From: Mobula hypostoma
Taxonomy: Eukaryota
Length of the DNA stretch: 64,000 bases
Direction of reading: 5' to 3'
NCBI RefSeq assembly: GCF_963921235.1
Contig: NC_086107.1
Coordinates: forward strand, 106,456,001-106,520,000
Shown here one piece after another: positions 28,915 to 40,156 of the stretch. The translations under genes and the position numbers were made by a program. The notes beneath the pieces were generated by a model. That model saw nothing but the letters and a program-made list of their open reading frames with translations, ran no database searches and had not been told where the DNA came from. Within the stretch, counting starts at the first letter, position 1. Every line of letters starts with the position of its first letter.

Positions 28915-30270
28915 TAATGTTCAGGATACCAAGGCCCATTTCTTCCATCATGTACCACCTGATGCACAGTCTGAATGTATAAACAGTTCCTCCAATTTTA
29001 CAGACCTAAAATTTGTGGCATATTTAGTCCACTTGGCCCAACTGGTGTGCTGTTCCACAAGCTTCTGTGCATAATTGTCCTCTGACCACATCGGAACAAA
29101 CATCAGTAAATTCCCGTTACTCCTAAGGGTGTGATTGTGTTGAAATGGAGCAGGGCAAGATTTGTATGAAGCACAAAATGCCAATTGTGACCTGTCTGCT
29201 TGGAATGGGCAGATTCTCTGCTACATATTTTGTGTTTATCTATTTTTTGTAACTTCTTCAGTGCGGTTTACCTTTCCTAATTTAGAGTATTCACTCTGAT
29301 TGGAGAAGGTCATGAATTCTTATAAAATTAATCAGTTACCAAATTGACTTAGAATTACAGAGGCAGCTGGCTTAACATATGGTGACTGCTTGAGTTAGAA
29401 ATTCGCCCTTGGAGAATTCGCAAATCACCACCCAAAAAAATTCGAGATCGAGATTAAAATTTAGTAGAAGGGCAGAGTAGACTCAATGGACTGAATGGCC
29501 TAATTCTGCTGCTTATAGTAGAAAACTTACTCTTGCAGAATTTATTTGGGGAGGGGATCAACCCTTTTCTTGATACTCACAGATGACATGTCTTCTCATT
29601 ACAGAAGATCGTGATAGAGCCCATTCTCTAGTCTAGGAGCACAAAACCCTCCCTCCCCTTAACACGGTTTGCTTGTATTTGCCACTCACATAATTAAGTG
29701 AATCTGTGGCAAGAACTTTTGGAGAAGCTGTCCCAAACTACAACTATACCAAGTCACCCGGGCATGGCACAATCATTGTGAAATGGGGAAGAGAATAATT
29801 TCTGCTCACAGAAATGTAAAAAAAATATATATTTAGACTATTTTGGAGGACAACGAATGACAAAATGGGGACTGCCCTTGGTACAATCTTTTGAAGAGTT
29901 TGTGACAATCAGGAAGTAAACATTTTCATATTTGGCTTGTGTTGTGGGGGAAATATGATTATGGTGTTCAATAGTAACTGGGTAAACACATGAAAGGAAA
30001 AAATTCTCAGGGCCACAGGGAGAACTGAATTGTTTTAGCACAGCTGTTCTACATATGATGGGTAAAATGGCCTCCAATGGTCCTGTAATCTTTCTGTAGC
30101 TCTCGTGTGTAAAAACTGTGGAAAAGTCTGTCTTCTGCTGAACCCTATGAGGAGTGCAATGTTAGAATGCAGTCAGGAAGTCACTAATAGATGCCTGACT
30201 GGAAGCTCAGGGTTTCACTTATGGTATACGGAGAAGTGGAATTGTCAGTAATTTTGGGATAATATCACAG

Positions 30271-30424
30271 GAATCAAATATGGAAATGTTCATTTCCTGA
30301 TTGTTTCTAGTCCTTCCCAAAATAAGAAAGGATTATTATCTTTTAATACAAGAAAGATAACAATCCTTACTTATTTTTGGGAAGGAATAGGGACAATGGG
30401 GGTGAACATTTTCATATTTGACTC
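30271..30424. repeat. Imperfect 154-bp hairpin (inverted repeat)
   Basis: Arms of about 70 nt: GAATCAAATATGGAAATGTTCA...AAGGATTATTATCTTT versus AAAGATAACAATCCTT...TGAACATTTTCATATTTGACTC. Confidence 0.85.
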
Positions 30425-30488
30425 ATTTATAATTTAAAATTTCCCCTTTTGCATTCCTGAATCCCAGCCTTTACTAGAGAAAAGAGCC

Positions 30489-30634
30489 ACCTTCCCACCC
30501 TCCCCCCACCTTCTTTACAGGGCCTCTGCCCCTTCCTCCTTCAGTCCTGATGAAGGGTTCCAGCCCAAAACGTTGACTGATCGTTTCCACGGATGCTGCC
30601 CAACCTGCTGAGTTCCTCCAGCTTGTTGAGTGTT
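30489..30634 (+). mobile_element. Penelope pLTR fragment with CpG-decayed hammerhead
   Basis: CAGTC-CTGATGA-AGGGTTCCAGCCC-AAAA-CG-TT-GACTG; TSD GAAAAGAGCC at 30479-30488 and 30635-30644. Confidence 0.8.
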
Positions 30635-31081
30635 GAAAAGAGCCTCGTTCTGTATGGTCGTACTTAATGTTATCTTCCTGCTGTAGGTCACATCACCTAA
30701 GGGATGACAAGGGAGCTAGCAGCTGAGGATGCTACTCCTGGTTTTCTTTGCAAGTGATGATTCCACATAACTGTGTGTGTGGGTGGGGTGGGGGGGGGAT
30801 GAAGAGACCACATCCAAGGAGAATAATATGAGGAGAAAGTTATAAAATTCATCTAGTCCCTGGGTTAAATATTTTGGAACCTGCACCTTCACAAAAAGTG
30901 GTTTGAAATATTTTCAATCATTAGATCATTTACTCCATTGGCCAATGAGCCAGATTTGGAAATAAGAGAATTTAAAGTTGGATTTGGTAAAATGTCATAA
31001 GAAGGGGATGTTGGGGAAGGGGTGTTTGTCTCTACCCCTGCTTCAGTTTGTGGCTGAGTTCTTGGTCATTATCTACCTTAA

Positions 31082-31420
<339 letters not shown>

Positions 31421-31510
31421 TGAAATTAGCTTCTCAAGGTAGAATCTTGGTACAAACTCCACACCAAGTACTGGAACATAATCCAAACTGAAACCCCCAG
31501 TACTGCAGTA

Positions 31511-32280
31511 CAGATTGAGTACCCCTTATCTGAAGTGCTTGGGGCTGGAAGTGTCGTTGATTTTGGAATATATAATAATCTAGCTTGGGAGCACCATCAT
31601 TTCCAACTCTAAACTTATGTGCTACCGGTAAACAGTCTTTGTTTTACACTTGTTCACACAAGTACTTAACAATAAAATGATTACATATTAATATAATGAA
31701 AATATAATGTGTGCAAGGTAACAAAAGCAGCACAGCAGCATTGGGAGAGAATACCTGAATCAGCTGTTGAACAACGGCAGGCTTTCGCTCTCCACCTATG
31801 ATGCTGTGTTTTGTTTAAGGTTACAGTGCACTATTTGAATTGTTTTCAGTTTTGGGTAAGGTATGAAAAATAATCAGCATCGTAGACTTATTCTGGTGTT
31901 AGAATTTTGTGATCAGCAGATGCTTTAAAAGTTGAGTGGCCTTCCTTTTCTTGAATTTCTGCAACCAGCCTGCCATATAATCACAATTACCTTCAATTTT
32001 CAGCTGTCATGATAGATTTTTGCTTGTTTCATGATCAGCATACCATTAAGCAGCATATGTTCACTCCAACGCTGATTGATGATCAAGATCTTCATTTTCC
32101 ACTTTATGCAGTTTTTCTATTTTTCACGAACTTCTGTTCATTACGCATGTGAGATCACTTCTCAGTAAAACTATGTTGCACAGAGGCCTGTGCAAGGCTT
32201 TGTGGAATTTTCCATTTGTGACATGTCATCACCAAAGAAATTTTGGATTTTGGAATGTCGGATAATGGGTACTCAACTTG
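31511..32280. mobile_element. Tigger/pogo-type non-autonomous DNA transposon
   Basis: TIRs CAGATTGAGTACCCCTTATCTGA / TCGGATAATGGGTACTCAACTTG flanked by TA on both sides. Confidence 0.75.
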
Positions 32281-32321
32281 TATTGGGACATTGTTTAAAG
32301 TGAGCCATTAACCTATTAATA

Positions 32322-32861
32322 CATCCAGTGGCCACTTTATTAGGTACTCTTGCTTGTTAATGCAAATATCTAATCAACCAATCGTGTGGCAGCAACTCAA
32401 TGCGTAAACACATGCAGACATGTTTGCGGTTCGGTTGTTTAGACAAAGCATCAGAATGGGGAAGAAATGTGATCTAAGTGACTCTGACTGTGGAATGGCT
32501 GTCGGTATCAGATGGATATCTCAAACTGCTGATCTCCTGGGATTTTCTCTCACAACAGTCTCTAGAGTTTACAGAGAATGGTGTGATAAGCAAGAAAAAA
32601 TCCAGTGAGCGGCCGTTCTGTGGGAGAAAATGCAATGTTAATGAGAGAGGTCAGAGGAGAATGGCCAGACTGCTTAAGGTGGACAGGAAGGCAACAGTAC
32701 CTGAAATAACCACGTGTTACAACAGTGGTGTACAAAAGAGCACCTCTGAATGCACAACCTATTGAAACTTGAAGTAGACGGGCTACGGCAGCAGACCATG
32801 AACATACACTCAGTGGCCACTATTAGGTACAGGACTTGTGTCATATAGTGGCCACTGAGCG
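32322..32861 (+). mobile_element. Tc1-derived non-autonomous DNA transposon
   Basis: TA-flanked TIRs; HTH remnant MGKKCDLSD...ADLLGFSLTTVSRVYREW and RKCNVNERGQRRMARL. Confidence 0.88.
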
Positions 32862-33141
32862 TACTTGCCTGTTGGAAATTACTTGAGCGATATTTGAGGA
32901 ACAAGAGAGTTCTGACTGGAATCATGGGCTAATGTTATAAAGTTGAATTGGATAATATATTCCACTTGTGGGAGCTTGTGTTCAAAATGGGTGCAGCATC
33001 TCCTGCACCATTGACTGGAAGTTTGGTAATGAAGCCGTTTGGGTTATCCTGAGGCTGTGAAATGTCACTTACATAAACTAACTCCATAATAAATCTGCAC
33101 TGTGTCTGTGTATGCCGGATTCATTCAACTCCTTCTCATAA

Positions 33142-33450
<309 letters not shown>

Positions 33451-34451
33451 TAATTTGTGATTCATCTGCCTGTGACACAGAATGGATCTTTTCTGAACTT
33501 CCTTTTGCCTTCAGTATCTGCCTATTTTAAATAGAGCACCATGATTTCCCCACAAAAGAAAATTGGGAGGTCAAGCAGTACTGTAGAAAGAGTTAATATT
33601 GCAGGTCGATGCATCTGAATGTTTTTGGCATTTTCTGCTTTTATTTCTGATTTCCAGCAGAGATTTGATTTTGGATTCAGATTCATTTTATTTACAGTAT
33701 TTATCCCATGTACATCGAAACATGGACTTAAGTGTATCATTTGCGTTAATAACCAAAAGATTTTTCACTTGGATTTCCACTGCCACCCTGTCCTCTCCTG
33801 AAAGCAATATAAGGTAATGAGTCTTTTAGCTGGTTCCACTGTCAATTAGATCATGGCTGCTCTTGCCTCGCTCCTCCAGACACATTTACCCATTACAGGT
33901 CCACCCCGGGTCATAGCAGTGTCCCGTTCCGGTGAATTGTTCGCAACATGAACAGTTTGCAAGTCGGAATTGAGTTCCCACGTGTCAGAAGACACCTGCA
34001 TCACTTTGCAAAGCCATAGTAATTTGGCCAGTCTCCCAAAGGGAGTTTGTACGTTCTTCCTGTGCCCATGTCTTTCCTCTGGCTGCTTCCAATTTCTCCC
34101 ACATTCCAAAGACCTCCAGGTTAGTCGGGTAATTGGGTGGCATGGGCTCGTTGATCTGGAAGGGTCTATTACTGTGTTGTATCTCTAAATAAAATTTTAA
34201 AAATGTATCGGCTGTGCGTAACTAGTGCATTCACAAATTGGAGAAGACCTGTATAAATTCCTTAATCCTTTGAAGATGGTTTTACTCCTGAATAGCCTGA
34301 CTTTTAAATGTTAAGTCACGCCTCATTTCATAATTCTTAGAGGATGTAATTGCTCTTATATTTACAGTATAAAGTCCCGGTTAATATTTTAAGCCTTCAG
34401 TAGATCATGTTGTAGACATGAGGGAGTATGAACCTAGTCTGTACAAACCTT

Positions 34452-35144
34452 ACTACGAGGAAATCTGCAGATGCTGGAAATTCAAGCAGCAACAAAATGT
34501 TGGTGGAACGCAGCAGGCTAGGCAGCATCTATAGGAAGAGTGGGAATGGGACGTGGAATTTAAATGTGTGGCCACTGGGAGATCCTGCTTTGTCTGGCGG
34601 ACATTCCCATTCTGATATGTCTATCCACGGCCTCCTCTACTGTCAAGATGAAGCCACACTCAGGTTGGAGGAACAACACCTTGTATTCTGTCTGGGTAGC
34701 CTCCAACCTGATGGCATGAACATTGACTTCTCTAACTTCTGTTAATGCCCGTCCTCCCCTTCTTACCCCATCCCTTATTTATTTTTTTTATTTCCCCCCC
34801 CCTTTTTTCTCCCTCTCACTATAACTCCTTGCCTGCTCTCCATCTTCCTTTGGTGCTCTCCCCCCCTGCCCTTCTTTCTCCCTAGGCCTCCCATCCCATG
34901 ATCCTCTCCCTTCTCCAGCCCTGTATCCCCTTTACCGATCAACTTTCCAGCACTTGGCTCCATCCCTCCCCCTCCTGTCTTCTCCTATCATTTCAGATCT
35001 CCCCCTCCCCCTCCCGCTTTCAAATCTCTTACTATCTCTTCTTGCAGTTAGTCCTGACAAAGGGTCTCGACCCAAAATGTTGACTGTACCTCTTCCTATA
35101 GATGCTGCCTGGCCTGCTGCGTTCACCAGCATTTTGTGTGTGTT
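34452..35144 (+). mobile_element. Penelope-like element with inverted partial 5' pLTR
   Basis: 34459-34545 is an inverted copy of the pLTR end; then GIY-YIG C-terminus (LEEQHLVFCLGSLQPDGMNIDFSNF) and pLTR; 15-bp TSD GTCTGTAC(A/G)AACCTT at 34437-34451 and 35145-35159. Confidence 0.88.
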
Positions 35145-35588
35145 GTCTGTACGAACCTTGTAGTTCAGCCATTGACCTGTGGACCAGATGTGGCACTGCA
35201 CACCAACAGGTGTTTATGGACAGAGTTTACAATTACCACACAGCATGGCTTAAGTCGTGCATTGTGGCACTGTCACTCAGTGACAGGACTGCCTTTGGAT
35301 CTGAGACAGCTAATTCAACTACCTCAGCCTCGTGCATTTAGCCATTGACATTTTTTCATTGTTTGAATAACTTGCATCCCAGCATCTGGTTTGCTCAGTC
35401 ATTGTGGGATAACAGATCCATGCTAATCCAGGGTAGTGGTGGATTGCAGGAAGTGGTAGGATTAATGTGTGGTTCCAAGCATGATATGGATTTTGTGCCA
35501 TTGAGAAGGGGAGTGGCTTTGGGCAATGTTCTGATCAGCCCAGTGGAGTTTATGGTAAGGACTGACTCAAGCTTCCTTTGCAAACCAG

Positions 35589-35768
35589 CTAATCCAGACA
35601 ACGAACACATCGCCCTCCAACACCAAGCCGCTCCAGCTGAAGATGCAGTCGACAAAGAAAGGTACCACAATGAAGAAAGAGGAGGCACCGACAGCAGCAA
35701 GCTCGACTCTTGACGAAGGTCTGTCCTCGGGACAGGCAGCTGCCTTGCATGCACTGAACCAGCCTCAG
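35589..35768 (+). CDS. GTPBP1: GTPBP1 exon 11
   Basis: [25 protein letters not shown]...ALNQPQ, similar to human [27 protein letters not shown]/GT, phase 0 at both ends. Confidence 0.93.
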
Positions 35769-36014
35769 GTAGGGCGATGTCTGGGTTGAAAATCTGCCCC
35801 CATCATGTGTGATCCTAGAGGATGATTGACCATAACTATACAGGTGCTTCAGCCCTCCAGGTTCTATTGCTATCAAGCACCTAATCCCATCCCATTCTCC
35901 TTGTCGAGGACGTGTGCCTGATAGTTCTGAGGGGAGGGGTGAGGGGTGGTGCCGGGTGTCTCCTCTCGTTCACTTTGTCCGTCTCTTTGCTTTCTCCTGC
36001 TGCATGGTTTTCAG

Positions 36015-36065
36015 ATGCCTTCAGAGGAGGATAAACATAACCGGGATGTTAATAAGGAAAACAAG
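36015..36065 (+). CDS. GTPBP1: Candidate additional 51-nt GTPBP1 exon
   Basis: Long polypyrimidine tract + TTTTCAG, AAG|GTAGCA donor, phase 0/0, open frame MPSEEDKHNRDVNKENK. Confidence 0.7.
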
Positions 36066-36746
36066 GTAGCAGTATGGATTCACTTGTTCTGGTTTGGTCA
36101 TAAAGTTGAGCATGCTGCTCTTGGAGCAATCTGCATTTATAGACTGGTGTTGTTATATTAAGGTCCATAAGATGGAACATCTTAAGTTTGATCTATCCAG
36201 TAGTCCACTGAAACACTCCAGTGTGAGTGTGGAATTGTAAGTCCTTAAACCAGTCAACTTATCTATGAGAGAGAGCTCCAGTCATCCAGGATTCCCAATC
36301 ACTTTCTGACACCCAGTGGCTGACCAGAGCACCAGCAGGCTTTAGCAAGTTTTCACACATTCTGCTAAACTATCTATGGGTATTAAAACAAAATCCCACA
36401 GAAAGTCATCGGCCATATTGTCTATGGCAGTAACTGGACACTGCATCTTTAGAAAGTTAAAGTTGAATAAACTTGGTTATTACTATTAAGGAAGGGGAGG
36501 GGTGGTTGCTTGATTACTGTGGGTAGTAGTTGCTGTAACCTGGCTATGCATCAGGAACTTGGAACACTTGATTGTGGTAACAATACATCCCCCCCACCCC
36601 CCCATGGTCATCTGAGGCAAGTAAGTCTTTTAGCGTGCCTTACTACTGGCCTGACCCTGCAGTGAACTAAATCCTAGCAGGCAAGATACTAGGATCTTGC
36701 CACTGAATGTTTTGATTTTTGTTTCTCCTGTTTGATTTCTTCCCAG

Positions 36747-36836
36747 CCCAAGACTAGTGGCGGCAGAAGGCGCGGAGGACAAAGGCACAAGGTGAAATCC
36801 CAGGGAGCTGCTGTGATTCCAGCAAGTGGTTGTTAG
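36747..36836 (+). CDS. GTPBP1: GTPBP1 last coding exon
   Basis: [29 protein letters not shown], matching the human end [30 protein letters not shown]. Confidence 0.96.
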   Translation, partial: PKTSGGRRRGGQRHKVKSQGAAVIPASGC

Positions 36837-37779
36837 GTAGTTCAGAAAGTGACTCTGCAAGACAAGAAGACACTTGTTCCATCTTGATCACTACTTCCCT
36901 AGCCCCTCCCCCTTTCTTCTTCCTCCACTGCCCCTGCCAAAAAACCAAAACTCAACCTTCTCAGAAATCTCATTATGGAAGTATCCAGAACTAATTAAGA
37001 AGTGACATGAGAATTGTTACTTTTTTTAAAACAACTTTTTTTGGAATGGATTTTAACTTTTTTTTAAAACCATTTGCCGAAGGCTGATGTCAGTGTCAAA
37101 TGTCTCTTTTGAATTTTGTGCATGTGCGTCACTCTTTTGATATAAAGATGTTTAATTAATCAAACATTTGCTCTTTTGAGTTTGAAGTATGCAAAGGAAA
37201 TGCATTCTGCTTGTTTAATTTCAGTATTAATTTTAAATTTACTGACCACCTTTAATCAGACTCCCACAGTTCATTCAATCTCTTGGCTGTGACTGAATTA
37301 TTTATTAAAGATAGAGTTTTATTCTGTTACTTTACAAGGTTATAGTGACCTTAATAGATCTGTATTTGGCCCCGTACTGTCGTCATCAAAAAAACCTGGT
37401 ACCTGAAACCACTCTTTAACCAAGTTGTCACAGAAGCCACATGACAATTTTGTCTTGGCAGTGGTGTAGCCTTGTCCCTCAAATGTGATTTGAAACAGCA
37501 ACAACAGTAAACCTGCTTTTGGAGAAGACTTGTTACAACCCACCTCTTGATGAGTACCTGTTTCTTGATCAGAAATGAGCAAAGCTCTGGTATAAGACTG
37601 GTTAGTGGGATCTGACCTGGGTCAGTTATTACCTTTTGCCTGGCCTGTAGTTGGAATTACTTTTGATGTGGAAAACCTTAGTCCTGTTCCTGTGGGGGTG
37701 GGGTCGGTGAAGTTTCTATTGAATAAGACCTGATCTTTGAGATGAGTAGTTCTCTTTCCTCTCTGGCATATACAGGACA

Positions 37780-37965
37780 TAGCTGGCTAGTGGTGTAGTG
37801 ACATCTGCACCAGACTTTGAGGTGCCCAGTTCCAATCCAGCTGGCTCCTTGCACGCTTTCCATCCATCATGGGTTGAGTGTCAACCTAGCAACTCGGCCT
37901 CGTAAAACAGACAAACTCTAAACGGCAAGGTTGCTGCCTGATGCGCCAGTGAGGCATGTGAGGAT
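37780..37965 (+). mobile_element. tRNA-derived SINE in the probable GTPBP1 3' UTR
   Basis: A-box-like TGGTGTAGTGA and B-box-like AGTTCCAATCC, followed by an RTE-like tail. Confidence 0.5.
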
Positions 37966-38810
37966 ATTATATGTACAAGACAGGTCTCATCTCCAAATTG
38001 TCATAAACCAGGGGGAGAAAAAAGGTGGAATTAAGCTGGACATCTGGTCATTATGACTATCAAAATCTTGAGAAATCCTGCAGTTGTAACCAGACAGCCT
38101 GCCTCCAAATTGAGCTGAATACTCCAAAATTTGGGTAGCTGGTGAAGATATTTTTTTAGAACCTCCATATAATTGGTACTCTGTCGATACAAAGGGTGAG
38201 GAAGGAAACTGTCAGTGGGAGCTGATGGTTAAGTTCATATTTGTATACCCAGTACTTCGACAGGTGCTTGTGCCTGTAATGCTGACAAAATCTTAAGTGC
38301 TTTATTTTTGAAGACATTTTTTTGTGTGCTTAAATATTTCTTAAGCAGTAGCTTGTACACAAGGATGTTAATTCATAGCTATGTTGGACTTGGTGCACTT
38401 GGTCTTAAACGGGGACTGGAAGCTACAATATTGTCTTTGTGCTGTCTCGTATTGTTGGAATGTTCCACCATCACTAGAGGTCAGTCATGCACACGGAAAA
38501 CAAGCAGCAATGGTGGTATGTAAATTATGTCTTGGATTTTTTTTGTGGCTTGAGTTCCTGGATGTTGGATGAATTCAATACGGGCCTGAATTCAATGTAC
38601 AATCTTCCAGTGCAGCTTATTTATTGTATTACAACTGAGTAAAAGTGGGGGCTTTGGAACCAATTGGAACTGACAGGCTACCATGTCTTAGTATCGCTCT
38701 TCCCTCAGTCCCCAGTAATGCTCAAAGCAAGAGGCACATTGAGAATGATCACCACCAGAGGGCTTTAGCCCTTCCCTGTTTAAGGGCTAGGGCATTGTGC
38801 TTTACTCATC

Positions 38811-38816
38811 AATAAA
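38811..38816 (+). promoter_or_regulatory. Candidate GTPBP1 polyadenylation signal
   Basis: AATAAA about 2 kb after the stop codon; ATTAAA alternatives near 39183 and 39276. Confidence 0.45.
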
Positions 38817-39505
38817 ATGGTTCCATTTCATTGAGCTGTGGCTCAGTTTAGTCCAATGAGAACTTTCTTCCTCAGTATTTGGACTGGATGTCTGTGCTTT
38901 ATGCAATGTTGTCCAATGCAGTGGCCAAATGAGAATCTACAGTACTCTGATATTGGTGCTTGGCCCTGTAGTTTCAATCTCTGTGAAAAGGAAAAGTACT
39001 TTAAGCATGGCTGCAAAACAGCCTCTGACCAATGACTGGAGATATTTGCAGGTGAAGTACGTATTTAATTGGGTGCTAAATATTTTGCATTTGGCTAAGT
39101 TGACACTTTCTTTTGGGCAACATTGCAATTTAGCTTCATTGTTGAGAAATGAGAATTGTTTCAACTGAAAAACTAAGGATGTATTAAATCTGCAATTAGT
39201 TTGTTCACTCGAGGGTCATAACTATGCACAAGGAAAGCAGATTGATTACTCTGTAGTTTTTGCAACAGCCATTATATTAAAGTCATTTCTATAAAGCCCT
39301 TTACTACATTGATCCCAAAGCAGTTTAGAGAAACTTGAATACAGCAAAAATTCAAACAGGTAATTTAATCATTATCATAACAGTGGTTTTGTGATGAAGG
39401 ATAAATATTGGACACCTGGGTGTTTAATACTTCCCTAAAATATAATGACATTAATGGGAGCCACTGAGCAGCTGTAATGCAACAGAATTGACCTATACAG
39501 TATTT

Positions 39506-39718
39506 AAGCAACATGTACAAAATGCTGGAGGAACTCAGCAGGCCAGGCAGCATCTATGGAAAAAAGTACAATTGACGTTTCGGGCCAAGGCCCTTCAGCA
39601 GGCCTGAAATGTCCACTGTACTTTTTCTCCCATAGATGCTGCGTGGCCTACTGAGCTATTCCAGCACTTTGTGTCTGTTGCTTGAATTTCCAGCACCTGC
39701 AGAGTCTCTCGTTTGTGA
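39506..39718. mobile_element. Palindromic Penelope pLTR insertion between the two genes
   Basis: Inverted arms at about 39506-39580 and 39605-39683; degenerate hammerhead on - (CTGCTGA...GAAACGTC). Confidence 0.8.
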
Positions 39719-40150
39719 TGTGATTACCATACTGTATCTATACCATTTTGCTGGTATTTTTCTATGAACTTTTTGTAAAGTGAGTGCACTTTCTAATAAC
39801 CTACTGATTATTGCAGAGAAGGAAGCTTTGCTCATTTGCCCACCTACCTCGATTATGTAATTTGATACTCCTATTTACTGAAAATCAGCAGTCAAGTTTG
39901 CATCCCACATTGGTAGGTCAGGGTTTGAATTCCAGAGGGTTAGTACAGTATTCTAACCAGTAGTATGTTTTCAGTGTATATGAATGCATACTAAGTTGCT
40001 GAGCGACGTTGATTTGAGATAAATACCAGTTTCTTTGAACTTGTGTACAATCTTGAGCAACAGAAGGTGAGGAAAATTATGGGGACAAATCTTCCCATTT
40101 CTACCAATTTATAAAATGATCTTAAATAACATTGCACATAAGTTCACACA

Positions 40151-40156
40151 TTTATT
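40151..40156 (-). promoter_or_regulatory. Candidate distal polyadenylation signal of the epsin gene
   Basis: TTTATT on + (AATAAA on -) at the far end of a repeat-poor 5.8-kb tract after the stop. Confidence 0.4.

Noticed and set aside
35345..35713. 122-aa ORF over GTPBP1 exon 11
   Set aside because: Wrong frame; the homologous frame starts at 35589 (LIQTTN).
36834..36842. TAG followed by GTAGTT as a possible 3' UTR intron donor or read-through signal
   Set aside because: Weak donor match, no supporting acceptor identified, and the C-terminus already matches GTPBP1.
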